The notes beneath the pieces were generated by a model. The model was not told the DNA's origin and did not search any database. It saw only the letters and a program-made list of their open reading frames with translations. From positions 1,087 through 65,086 of the forward strand of contig NZ_CAXIAM010000011.1 in NCBI RefSeq assembly GCF_964021865.1: a stretch of 64,000 nt of DNA, in the 5' to 3' direction. Origin of the DNA: an uncultured Sphingomonas sp. (GTDB lineage: Bacteria; Pseudomonadota; Alphaproteobacteria; Sphingomonadales; Sphingomonadaceae). A program made the translations under genes and the position numbers. Shown here piece after piece: positions 37,176-45,859 of this stretch (position 1 is the stretch's first letter; the number at the start of each line of letters is the position of its first letter).

Positions 37176-38233
37176 GCGGCGGCGGCACCATGCGCGGCCC
37201 GGGCGTCTTCCTCGCGCAGTTCATGGGTGACGCCGCGCCGTTCGACACGCTCGACAACGCCGCGCGCTGGATGGCCGAGGCCGGCTACGAAGGCGTGCAG
37301 ATCCCGACCCGCGACGAGCGGTGCATGGACCTGACGCTCGCCGCCGAGAGCCAGGATTATGCCGACGAAATGGTCGGGCGCTGCCGCGAGGCGGGCGTCG
37401 CGATCACCGAATTGTCGACGCACCTGCAAGGTCAGCTCGTCGCGGTCCACCCGGCCTATGACACCGCCTTCGATGTCTTCGCGCCGGAAGAACTCCGCGG
37501 CAAGCCCGCTGAACGGCAGGCGTGGGCGGTCGACCAGTTGAAGCTCGCCGCGAAGGCCAGCCGCCGGTTGGGGCTGGACGCGCATGCCACCTTCTCGGGC
37601 GCGTTCGCGTGGCCGTTCGTCTATCCGTGGCCGCAGCGCCCGGCGGGGATGGTCGAGGACGCCTTTGCCGAATTGGGCAAGCGCTGGACCCCGATCCTCG
37701 ACGCGTTCGAGAACGAGGGCGTCGACCTGTGCTTCGAGCTGCACCCCGGCGAGGATCTGCACGACGGCACCACCTTCGAGCGGTTCCTCGACGCAGTCGG
37801 CGGGCACAAGCGCGCCAATATCCTCTACGATCCCAGCCATTTCGTGCTGCAGGCGATGGACTATCTCCAGTTCATCGACTTCTATCACGACCGCATCCGC
37901 ATGTTCCACGTCAAGGACGCCGAGTTCAACCCGACCGGCAAGGCGGGCGTGTACGGCAGCTATTCGGACTGGGTCGACCGGCCCGGCCGCTTCCGCTCGC
38001 TCGGCGACGGACAGGTCGATTTCGGCGGCATCTTCTCGAAGCTGACGCAATATGGCTATGCCGGCTGGGCGGTTCTCGAATGGGAATGCTGCCTGAAGCA
38101 TCCCGAGGACGGCGCGCGCGAAGGCGCGCCGTTCATCGCCGCGCACATGATCCGTCGCCCCGAACGCGCCTTCGACGATTTCGCGGGCGGGTCCGATCCG
38201 GCCGCGAACCGGCGCTTGCTCGGGCTCGACTGA
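37172..38233 (+). CDS. Sugar phosphate isomerase/epimerase (xylose-isomerase-like TIM barrel), cytoplasmic
   Basis: No signal peptide and a typical AP_endonuc_2-like pattern. GTG at 37172 overlaps the cytochrome c stop; the ATG at 37190 is an alternative start. Confidence 0.85.
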   Translation: MSGGGTMRGPGVFLAQFMGDAAPFDTLDNAARWMAEAGYEGVQIPTRDERCMDLTLAAESQDYADEMVGRCREAGVAITELSTHLQGQLVAVHPAYDTAFDVFAPEELRGKPAERQAWAVDQLKLAAKASRRLGLDAHATFSGAFAWPFVYPWPQRPAGMVEDAFAELGKRWTPILDAFENEGVDLCFELHPGEDLHDGTTFERFLDAVGGHKRANILYDPSHFVLQAMDYLQFIDFYHDRIRMFHVKDAEFNPTGKAGVYGSYSDWVDRPGRFRSLGDGQVDFGGIFSKLTQYGYAGWAVLEWECCLKHPEDGAREGAPFIAAHMIRRPERAFDDFAGGSDPAANRRLLGLD

Positions 38234-38289
38234 TCGGTCAGACTGCAAAAATACGATAAAAGAATCGCGCGACAACAAAGGGGTAGAGG

Positions 38290-39600
38290 GTGCAGACAGA
38301 GGCAGCGGCATTCACGGGGCAGCATCGGTCCCGATTGTTCTGGCTGAGCGTGCTGGCGCTGACCACCGCGGCGGTCAGCGCGTCGTTGCGTGCGGCGATC
38401 GCCAGCAGCCTCAAGGCACAATGGATCGACCCGATCGCCCCCGTCGAGGCCGGCGAGCTGATCGGCGCGGCGCTCGGCTCGGCGTTCCTCGGCTTCGCGA
38501 TTACCCTGTTCGTCGCCAGCGCGTTGCTCGACAAGATCGGCGCGAAGCGGATCGTGATCGGCTCGGGCATCTGCTTCATCCTCGGCACCGCGCTGATCGT
38601 CGGCGCGGGCGCGATCGCGACCGGCATGACGATCTATTCGCTCGTCTGGCTGGGCATGATGCTCAGCGGGATCGGCTGGGGTCTGGCCGAGTCTTCGATC
38701 AACCCGCTGACCGCGCGCCTCTATCCCGAAGAGACCACGCACCGGCTGAACGTGCTCCACGCCTGGTATCCCGGCGGGCTCATCATCGGCGGGCTCGCGG
38801 GCGTGTTCCTCGCCAACGTCCTGCCGTGGCAGGCGATCATGGGGCTGGTGTTCCTGCCCGCGATCGGCGTCGTCATCATCGGCGCGACCACCACCTTCCC
38901 CCCTGCCCCGGCGGCAGTCGAGGGCGAGAGCTTCGGCACGATGATCGGCGAGGTGTTCCGCCGCCCGAGCTTCTTCGTGTGGTTCGGCGCGATGTTCCTG
39001 ACTGCTTCGTCGGAATTGGCGCCGGGCCAGTGGCTCGACGTCGCGCTCACCAACCGTGTGGGCATGCGCGGCATCCTGCTGCTGGTCTATGTCAGCGCCT
39101 TGATGTTCGTGTTCCGCCACTTCGCGGGGCGTCTTGCCGGCAAGCTCTCCAATCCCGGACTGCTGTGGATCTCCAGCCTGCTCGCCGCGATCGGGTTGTT
39201 CTTGCTGTCGCGCGCGCAGTCCCCGGTCGCGGCGCTGGTCGCCTCGACCGTGTGGGGGTTGGGCGTCTGCGCGATGTGGCCGACGATGCTCGCCTCGGTC
39301 GCGGAACGCTACCCGCGCGGCGGAGCATGGGCGCTCGGGCTGGTCGGCTCGGCCGGCGCGCTCGCCAGCTTCTTCGTCCTCCCCGCACTCGGCGGCATGT
39401 TCGACGAGGCCAAGGTGCGGCTCGCGGGCGGACCGGACGCCTTCAAGCAGCTGACCGGCGAGGCATTGCGCCAAGTCGAGGACGCCGCCGCGTCGCAGTC
39501 GTTCGCGAAGCTCGCTTTGGTGCCGGTCGTGCTGCTGTTCGTGTTCGGCGCGATCTGGCTGTCCGAGCGTCGCCGTCGCGCGACGGTCGCCGCGGCATGA
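38290..39600 (+). CDS. MFS transporter
   Basis: 12 TM segments. GTG start after GGGGTAGAGGG. Confidence 0.85.
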   Translation: MQTEAAAFTGQHRSRLFWLSVLALTTAAVSASLRAAIASSLKAQWIDPIAPVEAGELIGAALGSAFLGFAITLFVASALLDKIGAKRIVIGSGICFILGTALIVGAGAIATGMTIYSLVWLGMMLSGIGWGLAESSINPLTARLYPEETTHRLNVLHAWYPGGLIIGGLAGVFLANVLPWQAIMGLVFLPAIGVVIIGATTTFPPAPAAVEGESFGTMIGEVFRRPSFFVWFGAMFLTASSELAPGQWLDVALTNRVGMRGILLLVYVSALMFVFRHFAGRLAGKLSNPGLLWISSLLAAIGLFLLSRAQSPVAALVASTVWGLGVCAMWPTMLASVAERYPRGGAWALGLVGSAGALASFFVLPALGGMFDEAKVRLAGGPDAFKQLTGEALRQVEDAAASQSFAKLALVPVVLLFVFGAIWLSERRRRATVAAA

Positions 39601-40505
39601 CGCCGTCGCGCCGCACGATTCTGGCAGGGGCCGCTGCCGCGGCGCTGTCGTCGTCGGCGCAAGGGCAGGCTCGCATGAGCAACGCCGCGACCTTCTCGCT
39701 CAACTATGCCCCGCATGAGGGCAGCTTCGCGAGCCGCGGCGACCGGCTGGAGCAAATCGCCTTCGCCGCCGATCAGGGCTTCCGCGCCTGGGAGGATAAC
39801 GAGGCGCGCAGCCGCAGCGTCGCCGAGCAGGACGCGATGGCAAAGGCGCTGCAACGGCGCGGAATGACGATGGGCGTGTTCGTCGCGTCGATGCCGAAAT
39901 GGTCGGCGTTCCGTCCGATCTTCGGCAGCGACGACGGCGCGGAGCGCGAGGCGTTCCTCGCCGACGTCCGCGCCTCGGTCGAGGTCGCCAAGCGGCTGAA
40001 CGCCAGCCACATGACGGTGGTCACCGGCTTTGTCGACCACAAGGTGCCGATCGAGATCCAGACCGGGCGCGTCATCGACCTGATGCGCCGCGCCGGCGAC
40101 ATCCTGGCGCCACACGGGCTGGTCGCGGTGATGGAGCCGCTCAACACCCGCACCGACCATCCCAACGTCTACATGCAGTCCTGGGCGGCGGGCTATGCGG
40201 TGGCGCGCGGGGTGAACAGCCCGGCGGTCAAGGTGCTCGCCGATTGCTATCACGAGCAGATCCAGTCGGGAAACCTGATCCGGTCGCTCGGAATGGTCTG
40301 GGACGAGATCGGCTATGTCCAGTTCGGCGACAATCCCGGCCGCAAGGAGCCGGGCACCGGCGAGGTCAATTACAGCAACATCGTGCGCTTCCTGCGCGAG
40401 CGTCGCTACCGCGGCGTCATCGGCATGGAACATGGCACATCGCAAGCAGGGCGTGCGGGCGAGGAGCGGCTGATCGCCGCTTACCGCGCGATCGACGCGG
40501 CATGA
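39597..40505 (+). CDS. Hydroxypyruvate-isomerase-like TIM barrel protein with twin-arginine signal
   Basis: MTPSRRTILAGAAAAALSSSAQG (Tat motif SRRTIL). ...CYHEQIQSGNL...YVQFGDNPGRKEPGTGEVNY...GVIGMEHG. The ATG overlaps the MFS stop. Confidence 0.85.
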   Translation: MTPSRRTILAGAAAAALSSSAQGQARMSNAATFSLNYAPHEGSFASRGDRLEQIAFAADQGFRAWEDNEARSRSVAEQDAMAKALQRRGMTMGVFVASMPKWSAFRPIFGSDDGAEREAFLADVRASVEVAKRLNASHMTVVTGFVDHKVPIEIQTGRVIDLMRRAGDILAPHGLVAVMEPLNTRTDHPNVYMQSWAAGYAVARGVNSPAVKVLADCYHEQIQSGNLIRSLGMVWDEIGYVQFGDNPGRKEPGTGEVNYSNIVRFLRERRYRGVIGMEHGTSQAGRAGEERLIAAYRAIDAA

Positions 40506-40539
40506 GCCGGCGCAGCATCAGCATTACGGGAGAGGGTGA

Positions 40540-41115
40540 GTGATCGACAGACGACAAGCCTTGGGCGGCATCGCCGCCATGTTCGGGGCGTCCTTGTACG
40601 CACCGCTGGCACGCGCGGCGACCGCCGCGGCGGCAAAGGGTGGCGGCATTCCCGTCATCAGCGAGGGACCGCCCAGCACGCAGGTGTTCACGCCCGCGCA
40701 GCGCGCGTTGATGAGCGCGCTCAGCGACCGGGTGATCCCGACCACCGACACGCCGGGGGCGATCGCCGCGGGCGTGCCGGAATATATCGAGAAGCTGCTG
40801 GCCGACTGGTCGACCCCCGAGGATCGCGTGCCGATCATCGCCGGGCTCGACGCGATCGCGACGCGCGCACAGGCCGATTACAAGAAGCCGGCGGCGCAGC
40901 TCACGCCCGCGCAACACGACGCGCTGCTGACGCTGGCGATGGACGACAAGCTGCCGGGCGGCGCGGCCTTCTTCGGCCCCTTCCGCCAGATGGTGATCGC
41001 CGGCTATTATACGTCGGAGATCGGCATCACGCAGGAGCGCGAATATCTGCCCGTCCCGGGCAGCTATGACGGCGCCTTCCCCTATTCCAACGTCAACAAG
41101 GTCTATTCCTCATGA
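40540..41115 (+). CDS. Gluconate 2-dehydrogenase subunit 3 family small subunit (Tat signal)
   Basis: MIDRRQALGGIAAMFG... (DRRQAL). A size of about 190 aa and sequence are typical of the hitch-hiker subunits of FAD dehydrogenases. Confidence 0.85.
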   Translation: MIDRRQALGGIAAMFGASLYAPLARAATAAAAKGGGIPVISEGPPSTQVFTPAQRALMSALSDRVIPTTDTPGAIAAGVPEYIEKLLADWSTPEDRVPIIAGLDAIATRAQADYKKPAAQLTPAQHDALLTLAMDDKLPGGAAFFGPFRQMVIAGYYTSEIGITQEREYLPVPGSYDGAFPYSNVNKVYSS

Positions 41116-41948
41116 TCGCCAACCGTCGCAACGTCCTCGCCGGTGCGGGCGGCCTCGCCGCGCTCGGGCTGTTTGGGGTCTCGGCACAGGCCGCGCAGCT
41201 CGGCGCGATCGGGCTTCAACTCTACACGATCCGCGAGATCTTCCAGCCGGACCCGATGGGCACGCTCGAGAAGGTCGCGCAGATCGGCTATCGCGAGATC
41301 GAATATGGCGGTGGCGGCTATGACAAGATGGACCATGCCGCACTGCGCCGCGCGCAGGATCGGCTCGGGCTGAAGGCGCCGTCGGTCCACGTTCCTTATG
41401 AGTGGCTGCTCGCCGACTTCAACGGCGTGGTGAAGATGGCCAAGACGCTGGGTGCGGATACGATCATCCTGCCGTACATGACCGACCAGCATCGCAACGA
41501 GGCTGCTTGGAACACCGCGCTGAAGGACTTCAACCGCTTCGCGCGCGATCTGAAGAAGGTCGGGCTGGCGTTCGCCTATCACAACCACGATTTCGAATTC
41601 ACCGTGAAGCCCGGCGGCGTGTCGCTCTACGATCGCCTGCTCAAGGGAACCGACCCGGCGTTGGTGAAGCTGGAGATCGACCTGTTCTGGGCGATCACCG
41701 CCGGCCAGGATCCGGCGGCGCTGATCCGTCAGCACGCCGGGCGGATCTACGCCTATCACGTCAAGGACAAGCGTGCCGATGGCAGCATGTGCGCGGTGGG
41801 TGAAGGCAAGATCGACTTCGGCGCGATCTTCAAGCTGAACCGCGTCGCGGGCGTGAAGCACTTCTACGTCGAGAACGACGAGTGCCCGGCGCCGTACCTG
41901 CCCGACATCACCACCAGCTTCAACACGTTGCGCAAGCTGACGTTCTGA
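41112..41948 (+). CDS. Sugar phosphate isomerase/epimerase TIM barrel with twin-arginine signal
   Basis: MIANRRNVLAGAGGLAALGLFGVSAQA (NRRNVL). The ATG overlaps the preceding stop (ATGA). Confidence 0.85.
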   Translation: MIANRRNVLAGAGGLAALGLFGVSAQAAQLGAIGLQLYTIREIFQPDPMGTLEKVAQIGYREIEYGGGGYDKMDHAALRRAQDRLGLKAPSVHVPYEWLLADFNGVVKMAKTLGADTIILPYMTDQHRNEAAWNTALKDFNRFARDLKKVGLAFAYHNHDFEFTVKPGGVSLYDRLLKGTDPALVKLEIDLFWAITAGQDPAALIRQHAGRIYAYHVKDKRADGSMCAVGEGKIDFGAIFKLNRVAGVKHFYVENDECPAPYLPDITTSFNTLRKLTF

Positions 41949-41974
41949 TCGCGCCGACGGAGAGGATTTTACTT

Positions 41975-43654
41975 ATGGCAGCGACCGATACTTTCGACGC
42001 GATCGTCATCGGCTCCGGCGTCAGCGGCGGGTTCGCCGCGAAGGAGCTGACCGAAAAGGGCCTGCGCGTCCTGATGCTCGACCGTGGCATCATGGTCGAA
42101 CATGGCGAGGGCTATCCGTATGACGGGAAGCCCGCCTATGAGGTGCCCGCGCGCAACTCGATGCCGCCCGCGCTGATGGAAAGCGATTATTTCATCACCA
42201 AGCACGGCTATGTCACGCCCAGCAATCGCAAGTTCTACAACGACGACCGGCTGAACCCCTATGCCTATGACGAAGGCAGCAAGTTCTACTGGATCCGCCC
42301 GGCCGCGGTCGGCGGCAAGTCGTTGATCTGGGGCCGCTGGACGTTCCGCTGGGCGCCCGAGGACTTCGAAGCCAACAAGCGCGAGAACGTCGGCATCGAC
42401 TGGCCGATCCGCTACGAGGACGTCGAGCCCTGGTACAAATACGTCGAGAATTACATCGGCGTCTCGGGCTCGCGCGAGAATCTGCCGCAGCTGCCGGACA
42501 GTGACTTCCAGCCGCCGATGCAGATGAACATCGCGGAGAAGTGGGTGAAGCCGCGGCTCGAATCCAAGTTTCCGGGCCGCAAGCTCATCAACACGCGCCT
42601 CACCAACATGACCGAGGACAAGCCCGACCAGAACCGCACGAAGTGTCAGTATCGCAACCAGTGCGGTAACGGCTGTTCGTTCGGCGCGTATTTTTCGACG
42701 CAGGCGGTCACGCTGCCCGCGGCGCGGGCAACGGGCAAGCTGACGTTGCGCTCCGACGCGGTCGTCACCAACCTCGAATATGACGCGACGAAGAAGCGCG
42801 TCACCGGCGTACGCTACGTCGATGCCAAGACCGGGCAGGCGCAGGTCGTGAAGGCGCGCATGGTGTTCCTGTGCGCCTCGGCACTCGCCTCGGTGCAGAT
42901 CATGATGAACTCGAAGCGTCCCGACGGGCGCAGCTGGTTCGACAGCAGCGGCACGCTCGGCAAATATGTGATGGACCACATCTTCCGCGTCAGCATCGGC
43001 GGCAATATCCCGGGGATGACCGAGTACATCGAATATGGTCGCCGCCCGGGCGGGGTCTACATCCCGCGCTTCCGCAACGTTGGCGGCGAAGAAGGCGTCG
43101 GGTTCAAGCGCGGCTATGGCTATCAGGGTTCGGCCTATCGCTCGCCTGCTGGCCCGGTCGGCTTCGGCAAGTCGATGAAGGAGGGAATGCGCAAGTACAA
43201 CAACTGGCAGTTCGGGATGACCGCGTTCGGCGAGTGCCTGCCGTACGAGGACAACCGCGTCTCGCTGCATCCCACCAAGGTCGATCGCTTCGGCGTGCCG
43301 CTGATGGTGTTCAACGTCACCTTCCGCGACAACGAGCTGAAGATGATGGCCGATGCACGCGAGCAGGGCGAGGCGATGCTGCGCGGCGCCGGGCTGACTG
43401 ACGTGCAGAGCCGCGAGGGCGAGCACGTTCCCGGCGATGCGATTCACGAAATGGGCGGTGCGCGCATGGGCGCCGATCCGCGCACCTCGGTGCTCAACAA
43501 GTGGAACCAGGCGCACGACGCGCCGAACCTGTTCGTTACCGACGGCGCGCAGATGGCGTCGGTGGCGTGCGTCAATCCGTCGCTGACCTTCATGGCGCTG
43601 ACCGCGCGTGCCTGTGACAATGCGGTCAAGCTGATGAAGGCTGGCACGATCTAA
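41975..43654 (+). CDS. GMC family FAD-dependent oxidoreductase, no signal peptide
   Basis: FDAIVIGSGVSGGFAAKELTEKGLRVLMLDRG (FAD fold). C-terminal HEMGGARMG GMC signature. GGAGAGG RBS. Confidence 0.92.
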   Translation: MAATDTFDAIVIGSGVSGGFAAKELTEKGLRVLMLDRGIMVEHGEGYPYDGKPAYEVPARNSMPPALMESDYFITKHGYVTPSNRKFYNDDRLNPYAYDEGSKFYWIRPAAVGGKSLIWGRWTFRWAPEDFEANKRENVGIDWPIRYEDVEPWYKYVENYIGVSGSRENLPQLPDSDFQPPMQMNIAEKWVKPRLESKFPGRKLINTRLTNMTEDKPDQNRTKCQYRNQCGNGCSFGAYFSTQAVTLPAARATGKLTLRSDAVVTNLEYDATKKRVTGVRYVDAKTGQAQVVKARMVFLCASALASVQIMMNSKRPDGRSWFDSSGTLGKYVMDHIFRVSIGGNIPGMTEYIEYGRRPGGVYIPRFRNVGGEEGVGFKRGYGYQGSAYRSPAGPVGFGKSMKEGMRKYNNWQFGMTAFGECLPYEDNRVSLHPTKVDRFGVPLMVFNVTFRDNELKMMADAREQGEAMLRGAGLTDVQSREGEHVPGDAIHEMGGARMGADPRTSVLNKWNQAHDAPNLFVTDGAQMASVACVNPSLTFMALTARACDNAVKLMKAGTI

Positions 43655-43746
43655 GGCCGCGCCTTGCCGCCGCCATCATCGCGCCGCACACGGGTGGCGG
43701 AAGCCCGCCCCACGCGGCGCGATGACGGACGGCGCCGGGCTTCTGC

Positions 43747-44769
43747 ATGAGCGAACGTCGCCGCCAAGGCGTCACGATCCGCGCCGTTGCCGAGCGTGCG
43801 GGCGTCTCGGCGATGACCGTCTCCAACGTCATCAACCGCGCCGGACGCGCCAGCCCAGCGACGGTCGCCGCAGTCCATGCCGCGGTCGCCGAACTCGGCT
43901 ATGTCCCCAACGTCGTCGCGCGTCGGCTCGCGCGGGCGCGCGCAACGACGGTTGGGCTGCTCTACAGCGGGGCGCGCGCGCCGTTCCTCGACGCCATCCT
44001 CGTCGGCGCGCTGCGCGCCACCAATGCGCGTGGGCTGCAATTGCTGCTTCACGAGGAAGCCCCCGGCACCCCCGACGCCGCCGAAGCTGCGGCGCGTTCG
44101 CTCGCGCGCGGCGGTGCCGACGCGCTGTTGCTGGTACCGCCCTTCGCCGAATTACTGCGCGACTCGCCGGTGCTTCAGGACCTCGCGCTACCCGTCGCGG
44201 CGATCGCGATCGGCCATGTCATGCCCGGTATCGCGACGGTGCGGATCGACAATCGCGCCGCAATGGCGGAGCTGACTGCGTTGCTGATCGCGCGCGGCTA
44301 TCGTCGGATCGCGCTGATCGCGGGCAACCCCCGCCACTCGGACAGTGCGCCACGCGTACAGGGCTATCACGACGCACTCGCCGCGCGCGGCATCGCCGCC
44401 GACCCGTCGCTGGTGATCGAGGGGCGCTTCGACCGAAGCTCGGGCGAGGAAGCGGCGCGGACGCTGCTGACCGGCGCGACGCGACCTGATGCGATCATGT
44501 GCAGCAACGACGACATGGCCGCCGGGGTGATCGCCGAGGCGCACCGGCGCGGGCTGGTGCTTCCGCGCGACCTTGCCGTCACTGGCTTCGACGATACCAC
44601 GCTGGCGGCGCGGATCTGGCCGCCGCTCACCACCGTCCGCCAGCCCGCCGAAGAGATGGCCTTCCGCGCCGCCGAACGACTGATCGGCACCGGCGACGGC
44701 GACGAAGCCGCCAGCGACATGATCGTCCCGCACGCGATCATCGAACGCGAGTCGACACCCGGGCGATAG
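43747..44769 (+). CDS. LacI family transcriptional regulator
   Basis: VTIRAVAERAGVSAMTVSNVINR HTH plus a periplasmic-binding-protein-like core. Confidence 0.92.
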   Translation: MSERRRQGVTIRAVAERAGVSAMTVSNVINRAGRASPATVAAVHAAVAELGYVPNVVARRLARARATTVGLLYSGARAPFLDAILVGALRATNARGLQLLLHEEAPGTPDAAEAAARSLARGGADALLLVPPFAELLRDSPVLQDLALPVAAIAIGHVMPGIATVRIDNRAAMAELTALLIARGYRRIALIAGNPRHSDSAPRVQGYHDALAARGIAADPSLVIEGRFDRSSGEEAARTLLTGATRPDAIMCSNDDMAAGVIAEAHRRGLVLPRDLAVTGFDDTTLAARIWPPLTTVRQPAEEMAFRAAERLIGTGDGDEAASDMIVPHAIIERESTPGR

Positions 44770-44850
44770 GAGTCGACTATCCGTACCCGGGGTGACCTAC
44801 GAAGCTGGCCACATCCGGCTTCAGCGTTGAATTTCGTCGTTGCAGCCCTC

Positions 44851-45348
44851 TCAGGGATGCACCCGCCCCGCCAGCACCGGTTCGTCGAGGTCGATCGCCT
44901 CGCGCCTCAGCCGATTGCGCTTGTGCTTCCCCACATGGGCGACGCCCTTCACCGCATCGCCGATCAGCATGAACGGGTCTGTCGCCTCGCCCGGTCGCTC
45001 ACAACAGCTGCCCGGCGCGATGGCGGTCTGCACCCCGCGCACCAGCGCAACCACCGGTCCGAGAATGTTGAACCCGATCTGACACCCGCCGGATCGCGCC
45101 GCGCACGGCCCGGATTCGGCAGCCAGCGCGCCCATTCCCCTCATGTCGCGATTGACCGGGCGTGGCCGCGACGAAACCGCCTCGTTCGGCAAGGGCAGCG
45201 TCTGCGACGGCAGTGGATCGGCGCACACCACCACCTCGCCCTGTTCGCTACTGCGGGCGCACGGCTCGTCGCCCACTGGCGCGAGAATCGATCGCCGTGT
45301 CGGCACCGCCGGGGCTGCGGCCTGCAACAGGATCGCAACGATCAGCAT
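44851..45348 (-). CDS. Hypothetical Cys-containing, probably exported protein (165 aa)
   Basis: Short hydrophobic N-terminus MLIVAILLQAAAPA and 7 Cys. No alternative start before the upstream in-frame stop. No known domain recognised. Confidence 0.5.
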   Translation of the reverse strand: MLIVAILLQAAAPAVPTRRSILAPVGDEPCARSSEQGEVVVCADPLPSQTLPLPNEAVSSRPRPVNRDMRGMGALAAESGPCAARSGGCQIGFNILGPVVALVRGVQTAIAPGSCCERPGEATDPFMLIGDAVKGVAHVGKHKRNRLRREAIDLDEPVLAGRVHP

Positions 45349-45406
45349 CGCCGCGCATCCTGCTGGGCCGCATGGGCGCGGTCAACCGACCGCGCGCCGT
45401 TTCGGG

Positions 45407-45745
45407 TCAGGGACGCAGCGCGGTGTCGTCGCGGTCGTCGAGATCGTCCGTGGCGACGTTGCCGTCGTCGAACTCGGCCTGCACCTCGTCTTCCGCGACG
45501 TCGCTGTCGTCGGCATCGACGTCGCCGTCCTGCCGCGCGACCTCGCCGTCGGTCATCAATAGCTCGTCCTCATCCTCGGCATCGTCGTCGGCGCCGATGT
45601 CGGGTTCGAGATCGACGATGATCGTCCCGTCGCCCGGCCCGTCGCGCGTCGCCTCGAGGATTTCGGCGCGCTGGCTCTCGTCGTAGCCGTCCTCGTCATA
45701 GCCATCGTCGCCCGAGCCCTGACCGTACACCTGATGCCCGCCCAT
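45407..45745 (-). CDS. Extremely acidic small protein (112 aa; 30 Asp + 12 Glu versus 5 Arg, 0 Lys)
   Basis: ATG at 45743-45745 preceded by GGAGGAG. GAC/GAG-dominated GC3-rich codons. The longer track ORF (to 46798) is antisense to the oxygenase gene and is rejected. Confidence 0.55.
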   Translation of the reverse strand: MGGHQVYGQGSGDDGYDEDGYDESQRAEILEATRDGPGDGTIIVDLEPDIGADDDAEDEDELLMTDGEVARQDGDVDADDSDVAEDEVQAEFDDGNVATDDLDDRDDTALRP

Positions 45746-45859
45746 CGCGCAGCTCCTCCAATCGTTACGCCGATCGAACGGCAGACTCACCCCGCCGGTT
45801 CCGGCCGCTGGCGTCCCGAGCGCGGAGCGCTTACCTAGGATGTTCAGAATCACGGACGA

